Position numbers and translations under genes: made by a program. The notes under the pieces were generated by a model. That model was not told where the DNA came from and did no database searches. It saw only the letters and a program-made list of their open reading frames with translations. From Vicugna vicugna (Eukaryota): 64,000 bases of DNA. This document shows, piece after piece, positions 36,811-50,559 of this stretch. Numbering within the stretch: position 1 is the stretch's first letter; every line of letters starts with the position of its first letter. The stretch is taken from assembly GCA_013265495.1 (NCBI GenBank), contig MU058059.1, forward strand, positions 1,364,001-1,428,000. The letters are read 5' to 3'.

Positions 36811-39800
36811 GTTCCTTGAGAAGCATTTACTTCCACTTGGAACCTGTCAAGAGCTGGGGGCAGGCTTCTGCATTGTGGCTGGGACATCCGTACCTGGTAT
36901 TAAAGCCGTGACTAGGATGCGGAGATTTTTAACTGATGGTAATGAAGGCATGTCTGGAACTGTGAAGTTGCCCAGGAACCTGCAACTTTCTGAGTTCCAG
37001 GTTCTACTCACGCAGCCCAACCCATGAATGAACAGGACTCCAGGGAGGCCACAATCAGGCGCCAGGACCCGGGAGAGATGCCGGAGGAGTACAGAGCATG
37101 TAAAAGCGTGTCCCCTCCTGCAAGCTGCACCCAGGTCTGGGGGGGCAGCGTGGGGAAAAGTGATGTGTAGAGATCCCGCAGTGAGGCAGAGTCTGTGGAG
37201 AAGAGCAGAGGCCTGAGGACCGAGCTCTGGGAAACAGGACACAGAGACCAAAAAGGACGAGTGAAGAAGGAGGCCGGGAAGGAGCAGGCTGCAAGGACGA
37301 GGAAAGCCAGGAGAAGCCATGAAGCGGGGCCCTGGGGCTGCACGTGTGGCCGAGAGCAGGGCTGGGAGGACCGGGGCTTGCAGTGGACAGACACCAACAA
37401 GCCAGGCTGACGTTCAAGGGAGAATGGAAGAGAAGAAAGGGGGAAATGATGGCAGGAACTACTTTTTACAAGAATTTTACTATAAAAGATGATATAAAAG
37501 TGGGCAAGAAGGTAAAAAGGAAAACCTTTTAAAAAAAAAGTGGGCAGGAAGGTTTTTTCCGTTCTGTTTCTATCTGAGTGACGACAGGAATGTTGTAGTG
37601 GAAGAAATCTGACTGTAGAAAGAGAGGGTGTAATTGTGGGGATAGGTCCTTGAGTCACGAGGGCACCGCGGCGGCAGGGAGGCTAGACCGCGGACGGGTC
37701 AGTGGAAGGCAGGCAATTCCTGGGGACCAGACAGGGAGGGCGCAGGCAGCTGGGGTTGGGGGGACCCTCTTCTCCACTGAAGCTCTTATTTCCTCAGCCA
37801 CACAGGCAGTGAGGCCATGGGCTGAGGCTGAGAATGGGGCAAAGAGAGCAACCGGAGTAAATCTAGAACTAAAATTGAAAAAATAAAGCAAACCGGTAAT
37901 GGATGCATGTCCTCGCTTCAAATAATTAAGCTTCCTCTTCCTTCATTTTGGACTGGAGACTTTTAGGTTAGTATCCTTTTTGTTCCCACCCCACGCCCCA
38001 GGAAATTTATATTATAGTTTGCCAAGAAGATTTAACGAAATAATTACCCCAAATATTGGAGAATGCAAATAATAAGCATATCTTTCAAACTGAAATTATA
38101 GGTTAACCACACCTATCCTCCATCTCCTAATGAAATTAGGGACAGTAAATCCCCGCTGGGCGATAACAATGAGCTTCTCAAAAAGAAGGAAACAGCGCAA
38201 GCAAACAGCCCGGCCGCCGCACTGGGTTTCAGGCTGTCGGGTTTCATGACGTATAAATGGAAGAGAACAGGTTTGTGAAGTGAGAATGCAGGAAGAAAAG
38301 GACTCTAAGAACATGACTGTTAGACTCACTTGCTGATGGCGAAGAACTCTGAAGCCTGACCAGGACAGTGTTAGCAGGGAAGGGAGCTAACCATCCCCCC
38401 AAGGCAGAGTCGGGAGGGCCGGTGGGCGTGGTGCTCACCACGCGGGCCCTTCCTCTCAGGGCCCTGGGGCCGGGGGGCGGGGGCAGTGGCCTGGGCAGAG
38501 CGGGCCTGGCAGAGCTCCTGAGCGGCCAAGGGGAAAAGCAGAATGTGTTTCCCTGGGCTTCGCTCCATCTTTCAAAGGAGACAGTGGAGCAGCTGGCGAA
38601 GATTTTCTTAGCAAAATTTAATAAGATGCTCTCATTGCAAGTTGAGCTTTAAGTGAGAGACAGGATGGTACAGATGTAAGTGGGTAACCATGTGAGGTTC
38701 CCGGGTAGGGAGGGGGCGTGTCTATAGGGGTGCAGCATGGGGGAGACCAGGGCCCTGCTGGACAACGGGGCGATTCGGCCCGAGGTACTGCCATGAAGCC
38801 CCTTAGCCCTGAGGGGCCTGGCCTCCGTGAGCACGGGGGGACAAGGCCGTGAGGAGGTGGTGGTACACGACCCGAGGGAAGGGAGAAATACGGATCTACC
38901 CTGAGTCCCCTTCCATTCAAACACTCTGAAGTAAAGAATTCGGACCACCAGTTTACACCACAACTACTGAAGTACACACATCCAGGCTCTCTTTACATTA
39001 CCGAACAGCACAGGCCTTCGTAAAACGCCAGCCTGCTTTGAAACCCATTTTTAACCCTTCAAAAAACCAGGGAAACGACACCCTTGGTTTATGGAGGGAA
39101 AGCTGGGAGAGGCCCACACAGGCACCACAGAAGCACAGGGTTCAGGGCAGAAAAGCCTTTCCAGACTGCTGGCACACGGAGAAGCTGGTTTACACGTAAC
39201 CAAAGCAAACTGCATTAGACCTGCATCTGACAGATAACCTTACAGTGAGGACACGAAGGCGACACGACATCTGAAAGCATTTAATACACACACTGCTTCA
39301 CTGGGCTGCCCTATTCTTTTTTCATTATTTTTAAGAGAGAAATCAAAGCAGGTGCACTGTCTTCTACACTTTAACTTTCATACAGACTCCCTCACGGATA
39401 ACATGAAAAAGCAAAACCTCTTTCTTACTTCCTGAACCTCCTTGGCTTAGCTTTCATATAAAAGCAGGTTTTTCAAAATATGACTTGTTACTTGGTTTAT
39501 GTGAATAGGTTATTTCCATGTAATTTAAGTGAAAATGCTGCAAACCCGCCCCCTCCTCTCTGCCTCTGTCTTGCATTCATTCTCTCTTCCAGCCTCCATT
39601 TCCATTTCTCTGTTTCTTTTTCTCTGTCTCTGGTCCCCTCCCCACCTCACTCCTTCCACTCTGCCTGCGGCAACAAGGGACTAAACAGAAGACACCAGGC
39701 TGGTCTCCTCAGGACACACGGGACAGGCCTGAAACTGTCAGTGCATCGTGGTCACCGATGGCTTGTTTTTGAGCATCCCCAATCCTCAAAATGCTTTTTA

Positions 39801-42800
39801 CCCCTTTTACTAACAGAGAAAATTAGTTACTAAGTTCCATTTTCATTTGAAGTGTCACACATAATTTGCCAACCAAAAAAAATCAAACTGCTTGGTTGCT
39901 GCCAGAAACGTCCTCTGTCCTCATAACCAAACGTGTATAAACACAGAGCACCCTCTGTAACTCTAGACTCCAAAGTGGGGAGATAAGAGCATCTTTCCAA
40001 CGACCTGAAATCACACCTAAAGCAGTGACCACGGTGCCCGCAACCCCTCCTCAAATCAGCCTGGATCTCGTGGCCACGCTAAGAATTTTCATGACCAAGA
40101 AGCTTTAGGCCACTTGTCACAAAAAATTCTGGAAGCCACTAGAGAAATGCTTTTAAATATTTAAGGAAGAATGATGTGTCCCCGCGGTTCCTTCTCTGAG
40201 CCTAACTCTGCTGCAGTGAATGACGCTCCCGCAGTGAATGACCTGAGACCAGCCTTGGCAGAATTGCCCTGTTTCTAACGGGAAGGGAACCCTCCCCTTG
40301 ACGTTGGTCAGAGACACTCAGAAGAATCTGAAGGAGTCTCTCCCACTCCCCCCAAGACCTGGGTCCCAGTGTTTTCACAGGGGGCCCTGGATTGGTCTGG
40401 ATTACAGAGCTGACAAGAGGACAAGCCCTCACAAGTCAGGTGGGAGAGCTGCCCCCGGGGGAGCCCCATGAAGGGGACACAATTGGCCAGCCTCCCTCGT
40501 GCGGCCTGATCAACGGCACAGGCGACGAAGCTGGCATTCACTGCAGGCATGAAGGTGCTCCACGTGGGGTCCGAGCGTCCCAAGTCTAACCTGCCCTCGG
40601 CCGTGTGGGTGGTGTCCACAGTGCCTGCACCCTCTCTGCCATTTCGGTCCTGTCTAAAGGGCTCCGCAAGGGCAGAGGTCATGGACACAGCAGGATCCGG
40701 AGAGCCTGGGACCCACCAGCAGGGGAGAGAGGTCCCGCTTCTTGCACACACAGTGGGGAAGAACTCAAAGATGTTCAAATATGTAAATTTCCAGGTCCCA
40801 CATAATCAGAATTCTAGAGGTAAGCTTGGCAACCTTATTTCTTAAGTCTTCCCCATTAAGTCAGGTTGGGAACCACTCACAGAGTCTATCTGATTATTTT
40901 TGCAACTAAGGACATAAAGGACTAGAAGGCTGCATCCTCTGTTCCGGACCATACATCCCGTTCTGGCGGCAGGACAAGAGCTCAAGGTTCCTGAGCCGCA
41001 GGCCTGTGCTCTTCTCACCCCGCTGCGCTGCCCAATAAGCAAGTGCTGTAAGCACTCTCGACCGCCACGTGTCTAGACACACAAACTTAATTGACGATCC
41101 CTAGCTTTGCAAGACAGCAAGTGTAGCCACACGCATCAAAGTAGACAAATATCTCAGAGGGACAGAATGAAGGCTGGGTGATCCCACCGGGTCCTGCGGT
41201 GACACGTGCTTTGACTTGCTTGCAAAGCTCAGAAGCTGATCCTCGCATAAGATGTGACCCCACGGTGTCGCTATACTTCCCCTGGCTGCCTGGCGTCACA
41301 TAAAACTTGGTCAGAGGTTTTTAAATAAAAATGTCCTCCCGCACTCTAATAACCTGCACTACGAAACAGGTCCATGGACACGAAAAAGAAAATGATGACT
41401 TTAAGGGAAATGATGGAGGATGTGGCTGTGAATCTACAAAACACAAGCTTGCTCATTAAGGTAATGGAAACTTACAAAACCGTATTTCTTTTACTCTGTT
41501 TTACGATTCCTCAGGACATGAAAGCTTTTAATGCCCAGGAAAACAGTCATGTGAAGCAGCACTAAGGGGAGCGTAGGATGGGGAGTCAGGGGGCGCCGTG
41601 CCTTGAAGGAGAGGGTGGGAGCTGTGGATGGACAAGCAGCAGCCGTGTCCTCGGCCCTGATGCCAGCAACTCTCTGGTGACGGCAGAAGTAACGTGCACA
41701 GGGGAAATGTCTGTGAAGTAATGATGCCAGGCAAATTAGGACTGTTCTAAAGAATGCTCCAGGGTGGGCAAGATGCCACAAGCTCCATCACTGTGGTCAC
41801 CAGCACAGAGATAGGTCCCACAGGACTTTCTAATTTCTAACATAGGGCTCATTATATTTGAGATACCAAGTGAATCTTCCTTCAGTGACAACAGCAACAT
41901 TACCCAAGACGGGCAGACCCTCCTTCAAGTGCTGTCCCCAGGCAGGCAGTCAATCCCCCAGTCACGCCCTGTGGGGGGCACATATACACAATGACTGCAT
42001 CTCGTCCCCTTCCCTTGAAGGCAGTGTGGCTTCCTGAATAGGGTGAAAACTCAGACAAATCCTGAAAGGTCTCCACGTCCACAAATCTGGGCAGACATGA
42101 CTCATAACCTGGGACAGGGTAAGAACTGGATTCATCCACTGTCAAACCACTGAGCACTCCGCGGCTTTCGGGAGTCAGTGTGGGTTTGTTTCAATATCAG
42201 CGGCTTTGCCCAGAGCTGCACCTTGTTTACACACAAGCCACCAGGGTCTGCAGTGGGCAGCTAAGACCGCCTGGCCACCGGACAGCTAAGAACAGCGTGC
42301 GGCGTCAGAGAAGAGGGTGTGCACGGGGCTCGGGGCCGCGCTGGGCGCCAGGGACGGGGCGTTGGGACAAAGCAGGTGAGTTCTGCTCTCACAGCACCGG
42401 AAGGCGGAGCGCACAGATGAGCACTTCAGCAAAGAACATTTAAAACATGAACATCGTTAAGACTATAAGCACATTTTGAAATGTATTGTTTTTCCCTGGT
42501 AAGTCTATCACGTAAATCTGTAATTAGGGACTTCTAAAATAGCTAACTTTTTTTAAAAGCACAATATGCTGTAATTGTCTATTAAGGCAATGAGCACTCA
42601 GGGACCCCTAAACTGCTGATTATTTGCTTGCTGTATTTTGGAGAAACAAGTACTCAAGATCCCTTATGAAATCCTCCTTAAAATAGGATGAAATTGGAAA
42701 TGTGCCGTTCCCTGGCTAAGTTAAAAATCTTCATTTTTTCCCTCAGAATGCCACCCATCATGATCATATTTGTCATTCCAGATCTGGCTATAATCACGTT

Positions 42801-43569
42801 AACTCTCATTTTATCATCTAATTGAATCTCCATCTCAACAGAGTAAGTTTTCTAATCTCAATTAGAAACTGGGTCCCAAATGTTTCTAATCCCAAAGGTC
42901 CCAAGTAGGGCTTTATTAACCATCCATTTCTTAATGGAGATTTGAGTCGTTCATCTCACTTAACAGGATAAACAATGCACCAGGCCATATGGTGAATTTA
43001 CAAGTCTTTCCATTGTATTTGTGCATATGCTGTGTAGTGAACTAAATGGGATAAAAATGAGCTATATCTTTTATCAAATTATGTTCTATTATGCTTGTTT
43101 AACAGTTAAATAAATCAGCAATGCTCTCAAGGTCTTTAATATAAATTATAAAGATTATAAATATTATTATTGTAGTTTGTACCACTATTCTATTAACATA
43201 CACTACAACTTCGTAATAATGTTTCATTTAATTTACTTTGTAATCAAGCATTATAATTACTTTCAAATGTAAATCAAACAGAAGCTAAAGAAGGAATAAT
43301 GACAAAATTATTTAGACACGGAAGCCAGCTAGGAAAGCTCCTTTTTCTGCCTGCCAACTTCCTATTAATGAAAAATTCCTTTGTTATCTGGGGGGGTGGG
43401 TGTTTGGCCCATGTCTTTCCCTCTAGGCCTGTTCCATTACTAGACCAATTCCATCACTACTACTCAAGAATTCACTCCATAAAGGTTGCAGACAACACCC
43501 TAACCTGGTCTCTGGATGTGCGCTGTTGGGCATAAGCGAGTAACCAACTCTTAGACAGAGAAATAGGTA

Positions 43570-43940
43570 AGTATTTATTGGAAGCCAGACACCAGAGAAA
43601 TGCTGACAGATGCTCCACTCATGAAACTTACGGTCTCATAGGGACTAGTGACAAAAAGCAAGGAGTCACACGATTACTCACACACTGATACGCACCACAG
43701 AGAAAAGGAAGTGGTGGAATGGAAAAGAACGGTGATGGTGGCTCTTTAGATAATATGACCAGACCAGGGAAGGCTCTTCTCAGAAGGCACCACTTGAGAT
43801 GAATTCTAAAGGCTGAGAAAGAGTCAGACAGAACATTCTGGACAAGCTAGCATATGCCAAGGCCCTGGGTGGGAAGAATTCGTGTTTAAGCAACTGAAAG
43901 GCAGGAGTGAGTGGAGCAGATGAGAAGTGAAGGGAGGACG
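43570..43940 (-). mobile_element. L2 3' fragment
   Basis: gtatttattggaagcc...cagggaaggctcttctcagaaggcaccacttgagatgaattctaaaggctgag...gccaaggccctggg. Confidence 0.75.
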
Positions 43941-46900
43941 AGGCGGCCAGAGGCGTGTGCACCCACGTCACCTTCTCTCTTCTTTCACTTCCCCCTCTGG
44001 TCTCATCCCACCCGCGCCTCAGGTTGGCACTGGAGTGGACATTGATTTATGAATGAGGAGCCGTAAAACAAGGCTGGGGCAAAGGCCAGCTACTTGCTTC
44101 CTTCAGTGCACCTCCCGGAAAGGAGCCCACGCGGCAGAAGGTGACGATGCAGCCGTGGCCAGGGGCCAAGCTAATGAGCCCAAGGCTGCCCTTCCCTTCG
44201 GCACCGCTTGTGTGGGACCCAGCTCCTCTTGCCTCAGTAAGAACTTCCTTCCTACACAGACTGTTTATTTAAAGAACAGCAAAGTTCTTTAGTTCTTAGT
44301 TTAGAGGGGTTTACAGAGTCTGCTTATCTTAAGTCTAAGCCAGTAATTCTAAATGTCTTAAACTGTCCTGTGTGTTATTCAAAATTTGCTCAGAGATCAG
44401 CAACCCCTTTATGGACAATGCAATTATAACAAGTACCAGGGGGAAAACCATACTGGTTGTTAAAGTTTTAGGAAATAAAGTCAACTCTCAATTTTCTGGA
44501 TCAGTGAAGAGAAACAGCAGCACAGGAAACAAATATGCCTGCACATCACCCCAGCCCCCGCCCCGCTCCCTCCTGCAGGGCCTTGAGCACCAGACACCTG
44601 AGGCAGCCATGAAGGTACTTAAGATATTTAATCTCACAGGCCTGCCAGTCTCAGAGGGGAAGTAACCTGCTCAAAGGCACAGGCAGGCAGAGCAGAATGG
44701 AAACTTAAATCCAAGTTTCCTAACTCCAAAGTCCATCGTCTTGCTTCTCAAGTTTGGTTAATTTCCAAAGCAAAAGACATCTAGCATCTCAGTGCCGGAG
44801 AGGGTATAGTTCGTGGGTAAAGAACCAACAATGTAATAAAAGACACGGGCTCTACTGAAACAGTCAGCAACCGCTGGGACAGGGATTTGTTTCCAAGCGC
44901 CGTGACCGAGGAGACGGCCAAAAGGCAATCCTGCAGCTGTCTGGGGAGGGCGTGGGCTTTCGGTTTTGTTATTTTTTATATCTTTTTAAGACATTCAGGG
45001 AATGCAAAGCACAGCAGAAACATTCTGACACCCTAGTGCTAAATCTTAAGTATTTAATTTTGATTCTACGTGTAGAAAACGTCCACCCTGCAGGACTGCG
45101 CGTCAGGTAAGACAGGCAAGTTGTGCCCTCATGACCTGAGAAAAGGGGACCTCAATCCAGCCGCGGATCCAAGGTGAGCTGCGGGTGAGCCTCTGGCTGG
45201 TGACAGCGGCTGAGAGGAGACGTCACCTGGCCATCTCAGCTGGCGCGCTTCCCAGCTGAACGGGGACATTCAAGTTTCACTCTGAAGAGGCTTTTCACAG
45301 GTACCTTTTCAAGAACTAACATTCAGCCTTTGTGACTGAATATTATGAGGTACTAAATAATATGGTCTTGGCCAAAATACACAGCACAAACATTTCTACA
45401 GAATCTTGGAGCTACAGCAAGTACCACATGTTCGCTCAGTTTCTGCAGTGAATATAAATCTACTGATCAAATGGCACTAGAAAAATAAACTGATTTAGAA
45501 AGATGACATTTTAATTAATTTTAAAAAAATTTATGTGAGGACCGACAAATTGTAATTTTGCTCACTTGTGGCATTTCCACCTTTAAAGAGGCTACCACTC
45601 TCCCTCGGCTGGTCCAGTCCCCGTGCTCTTGTGAAGCCAGCTCAGTACCCATTCAAGCGCCTGGCTGGACTAGCCCTTTGTCATCCTGCTCTGTCTTCAA
45701 AACCACATTAGCAACCCACATTTAGTTTTTTCTCATTCGTAGGCAGCTATGTGATTTTATTCTATTTCACACACTTCTAAACTGCAGACCCCTCAAACGT
45801 AAATTGGGAGGTCAAGGAAGAAAGAAAAGATTCATATATCACATCTATATGTTTCTCATTCCTTTGTTTCCGAGATATTTATTATAATTCTGAGTGACAC
45901 GGCTGTTGAAAAGGATTAAGGGAAGATATTCATAAAGCAAAACAGATGAAAAGAAAAATTAAAAAACTGTCTACCTCATATTTTCTCTGACTGCTCTTGT
46001 TTTCGTGCAATACTTCTCATAGACAACCTGCTGTGATGTCTTTTGTAAGAATTCACTAGAGTAAATCACTCAGATAGATCGAGTTCAAGTCACATTCTGC
46101 CCAATAAATGACAGGGTAAATTAGATGCTCTCTAAGCCCCTTTCTACGCCCTAAACTTTTCATAATCTTTGCCATGTTTGATCAATAAAGCACTCATAAT
46201 ATATATAATAAAGTACTGAAGGCAATTGTTGAATCACGTAAATATAACAAAAGTAAAATGACAAGAGTACACAAAATATCTGAAAATACCCTGGGAAGAC
46301 GAGATGCCCTGACGCGGCTGCTTGGACCAACACACCCAGAAGAGATCACACAGGCATGCCCGCCGCGGAGCAGGCGCCCTGGCCGGCCCCCCCAAGCCAG
46401 CACCCGCCACCAGCGGTGGGTGTGAGCTTCCACACACGAGACCGAGACAGAGAGGAAGTATAGAAAGGTGACGTACTGTCTTCAGACCCTTATGAGGCCA
46501 GCGTTCAAGGCACTATGAGTAATTCTGTTTGGCATAAATGAAGTAATTCTGTTCTTCTGGAAAATGGTGGAAGGGTGACGGAAGGGCAGACTGTGAAGGG
46601 CTTTGTACATGCCAAGGAGTCTCAAGTCTAAAGATATCGGTAAAGGTGAGATCTGGCTTTTCATACAGACTACTGCAGGAAGTGAGTTACGATGCCGTTG
46701 CAATGGCAATGCTAGACCTTCAGACTACGTTTTGCTGGAGGACTGAGAACAACCGTTTGTTTCTACTTTCCAGTGGAAAAAGATTCTATGACAAATAAAT
46801 AAGAAAACAAACTCAGAAGTAGGACTGTGTGTGTGTCTTTGCTTTAATGACACAGGGTGTGGATGGTACGTGTTGAACCTACTATGAGCATGTACTAAAG

Positions 46901-47309
46901 TCTAGGTGTTTAAAAATTAAGGAGATTAACGATGCAAATATGAATAATTACAAACCATAAGGTTAACCAATCAGCCAATAACAAACTATATCAGAAATAA
47001 TTAACCCAAACAGTTACAACAAAAACCAAGCAGAGCAGTGACAGGACATCATGACCAACTGAAGACGCCCAAATCCCCCTAATTACAGGGATTCTAATCA
47101 CCTAAGGATATGGAAACAAAGCAGCCATCCTGTAATATTGCCAGGAACACATCAAAGTCAAACTTAAGAAAAAATTCTATGAAAATATTTGGAAAACTCT
47201 AGTTACATATTCAGTCTGGCACAATTTCAAATTTTGTAATCCTTACTAACTCACGTGGTTTTATGTAACAATGAAAATCTACAGACTGTCACAGCATTCC
47301 CTGACAGCA

Positions 47310-47540
47310 GCTGACACTAGCTGGGCACCTCCCTCGGGCCAGGCAGTCTGCAATGTTAAGCACAAGTTCATCCCATTTCATCATCGTAACTTATGAGACA
47401 GACACACGAATATCATCTTCATTGTCTAGATGAGGAAACACACAGAGAGCCACAGGGCGAAGCAGGCAGTATAACTGAGATTCCAATCTAAGCATTCTGA
47501 CCCTGGATTTCACACTCTGAACCACTGGACAATGCTGCCT
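47310..47540 (-). mobile_element. MIR SINE
   Basis: cattgtctagatgaggaaacacacagagag...gagattccaatctaagcattctgaccctgga...ctgaaccactggacaatgctgcct. Confidence 0.7.
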
Positions 47541-47639
47541 CTAGAATATGAGCTTTCAGATCAGGAGGACTTTGCGACTCACTCACTAGCCAACCGCAGA
47601 CCAGACTCTGGAAATCTTTGTAACCATGGTAAGAACTCA

Positions 47640-47830
47640 AATGCAATGGCCTTGGGAGGGAGAAGGGGTCAGAGATGGGTTCTGGAGAAATTTAGGAAAC
47701 AGAATCAACAAGACTTGCTAACTGGCTACATGTGTGGGGTGAGGGAGGGGAAGGAGGGACTGGAGTCTAGAATGACCAACTTTGGAAGCAAGCAGCAACT
47801 ACAGTGAAAAGGTAAGTCTCCAGCTTGGGA
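47640..47830 (-). mobile_element. L2 fragment
   Basis: gaatcaacaagacttgctaactggctacatgtgtggggtgagggaggg...ggagtctagaatgacc. Confidence 0.65.
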
Positions 47831-49138
47831 TGGAGATGAGGTTCGATCCACAGACCCTGGGATGCTTCTGAGCCCCTTGGGTCGAGAAGCCTGGTAGGCA
47901 GCCCGCCCCAGGAGCAGGCAGTGGGCGAGGTGGAGTGAAGTGCGCTGTCTCTGTACTGCAATGCTGATCTGTCCCCACTCCGCTGACACCATTCCGATCT
48001 GAGAAAGTTGCTGGGATGAGGCACAGATATGGGCATGTCGGTGGGTGGGAGGGGTGGTGAACATAAAGTGAGAAACATCCCCCAGCACGGAGGGGTGGGA
48101 AATCAAGGAGAAAAAAGGGGATCAGAAACAAATCACAAAGCAAAAACGCTAACACCTCCCTCTACACGGAAGCGACCTCACTCGCCCCGTTTCACATCCT
48201 CTGCGCGTGGACCTCGCGCTGGCCAGGGCACTGTAACTTGCGCGAGGGCCTTGTCAAGGTGTAGTGTCTGAAGAACCGAGCACAACGTAAGAATGCCTGT
48301 CAAGTCATTAAGTCGGCAGTTCTGCGCACTTCTACAAGAGGTTAAGGAAGTCTTCCAAGGGTGCAGCGAGCCCTTTCAGATCTAAGGTTCAGGCGTCACT
48401 GGGCTGGCCCACCGTCCTTAATAGAGCAGCACGCTCGCTTCATCCCTAGAAGCCAAAGGGGGGGCAACCGCAGCCGTGAGGAAACAAAACAAACGGGAAA
48501 GGAGCCTGTGGACACAGTGTCTGGAGCGAGGTATTAGCCCTGTCTGCCTACTCTGATCAGAGGACTCCTGCAGACAGAAGAATACAGTGCTTTGGTCCGA
48601 GGTTTATTAGAATTTAGAGTGGTTAATTTCATCCATAACTTTAAGGACCTAGAAAGACAGAAATAAGGAATATACCAATATAATGGAACTTTGGGTTTTT
48701 TCCCCCCAACTTTAAAAGCTAAATTTTTTTAACTACTGAAATTTTAAATATTTCTATTTTTTTAAAACCTTCCAAAATCTACTCTATAAAACAAAAGTAA
48801 TTGAGATGGAATGTTAAAAAAAAAGTACTTCAGCTAAAAGTAATGGCCAGAATTAGATGGATTTAGACCTGGCTTAGTTTTCCAAACCAAAATGTGGAAA
48901 ATAAAGATTCTTCTAGACAATGTTATCAAAATAACTTCTTAACCATTGTAACTTTTCATTTATACAAACCACGAAATGTCTTTTGAGGCTCACTTGTGAA
49001 TACCTGACTTTCAGTGCCACTACAGTGCTGATTTATCAATCTGCTTATCTGATATTTATCTTTAAAATACTTACAATGACATGAAAAGACAGCATTACAA
49101 CAGGCTTCAGGGGAAGTATTTAAAGAGCAAATACTCAC

Positions 49139-49253
49139 GACAGGGCACTTCCAGGGGATGCCCGGTGACGTCGCACCATCCAGCTGGGTGAATGTCAGGG
49201 CTGTCTGCATCTGTCCAGTAGTCATACTTGTGGTCCCAGCCATCAAAATGAAC
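49139..49253 (-). CDS. L3MBTL4: L3MBTL4 internal coding exon (115 nt): C-terminal part of the last MBT repeat
   Basis: Minus strand reads ...tcaacag|GTT CAT TTT GAT GGC TGG...CCC TGT C|gtgagt = VHFDGWDHKYDYWTDADSPDIHPAGWCDVTGHPLEVPC, the MBT signature (HFDGW..YDYW...SPDIHP.GWC...G.PL). Canonical splice sites, phase 0 to 1. Confidence 0.96.
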
Positions 49254-50358
49254 CTGTTGAAAATTAATATTTAGTCATTACTATATTACTACGCCTGTAT
49301 CGAAATAATTAGAAAACAGATCTCGGAAACTGAGATTAAAATTGCATTAATCTCACATTACAGCTGAAACAGTATTTAAAATGCATTATGGAACAATTTT
49401 CTAATCAAGCCACCAAAGGGCAATTTTTCCAAGAAATTAAAGAAGTTGTTACATTAAAAAAATCTGTCAAGGACTGATTAGAATTTGAAGGGACAAGACC
49501 AGTCCATTTTCCCAACTAAGGAATTCTGGCACGTTGCTGGGAGAACACTTCGTATCCTGCAGCCACTGCAAGAACAAAGCTAGCATCGCCAACCACGGGA
49601 GGCACCAGCTGATGTCAGTATGAGCCTTATACTGACTAAGCGGGAACTGTATGGAAGAGAGTAAAAGGAAGCAATAAATTTCAGAATCCTGATAAACGAG
49701 GGAGAGATGGAGCCAGTGGAATGATGGAGGCAAAGAAAGCAGACAAAATGTGCTACTGAGGTACAAGGATTAGTAGCTATGTTAACAGCTATTAAAGGAC
49801 AACGTGTAAGCTGTCAGGAAACCTGAGGACCAGACAAGGTTCAGTCCGCCCCTGGTTATCACTGTTCATAAAATCTCACCTACAAAACACATACACACAC
49901 ACAAAATTCACATTTACACATACAAAGAAGTCTGAGAAGAATTAAAATAAAGCCCAATTTCTGAAACAAAAAGCAATTACTTATTTCTGAAACTTATCAA
50001 ACTCCATGTTTTAGAAATTTCTTACCAACATGAAGGAATCAAATTTATTTGTGAAGACAAAAAAATAAGAATGATGGCATTTCATTATTACATAACTCTC
50101 CTTATTCTCTTTCATAGTTTCTGCTTCTGTCAATTAAATGGAGAATCTATCGCTCTCAATGCAAAAAAAAAACTCTTAATTTTTTGAAAAGCATACTTCG
50201 AATGAAAAGGGCAAGATGGCTCGCATTATAATAAACTCACTGAGATATACGTTTATTACGCAGGGCATAGGACCGGAAAAAAAAAAAAAAGTAAAATCGT
50301 ATGGAGTAAGTGTCAAATAAAATCTCAACATTTTTTCTCAAGTTCCATCTTTCTAAGT

Positions 50359-50535
50359 GAGTGGTTCTCAAAGTGTGGTTCCCAGAGCAGTAGCATCAAT
50401 GTCACTTGGACATGTGTCAGAGATGCAAATGGCTGGGCCCCAAGTCAATCCTACTGAATCAGAAACACTAACGGATGGGACATAACAATCTGTGTAATTC
50501 AGCATCTGATGCGTGCTGAAGTTTGAGAACCAGTA
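50359..50535 (+). mobile_element. MER5A hAT-Charlie MITE
   Basis: agtggttctcaaagtgtggttccc...cctactgaatcagaaac...gtttgagaaccagt; terminal inverted repeats tggttctcaaa / tttgagaacca. Confidence 0.88.
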
Positions 50536-50559
50536 ATCTTAGGAGTGACTTTGAAAATA

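Noticed and set aside
37008..37658. 216-aa minus ORF
   Set aside because: Pyrimidine-rich low-complexity translation with no homology signal.
44797..44822. ggagagggtatagttcgtgggtaaag resembling the head of a camelid tRNA-derived SINE or a tRNA
   Set aside because: Only about 26 bp; no B-box, cloverleaf, tail or TSD.
48956..49246. 96-aa minus ORF MMAGTTSMTTG...
   Set aside because: Wrong-frame reading of the true MBT exon, running on into the intron.
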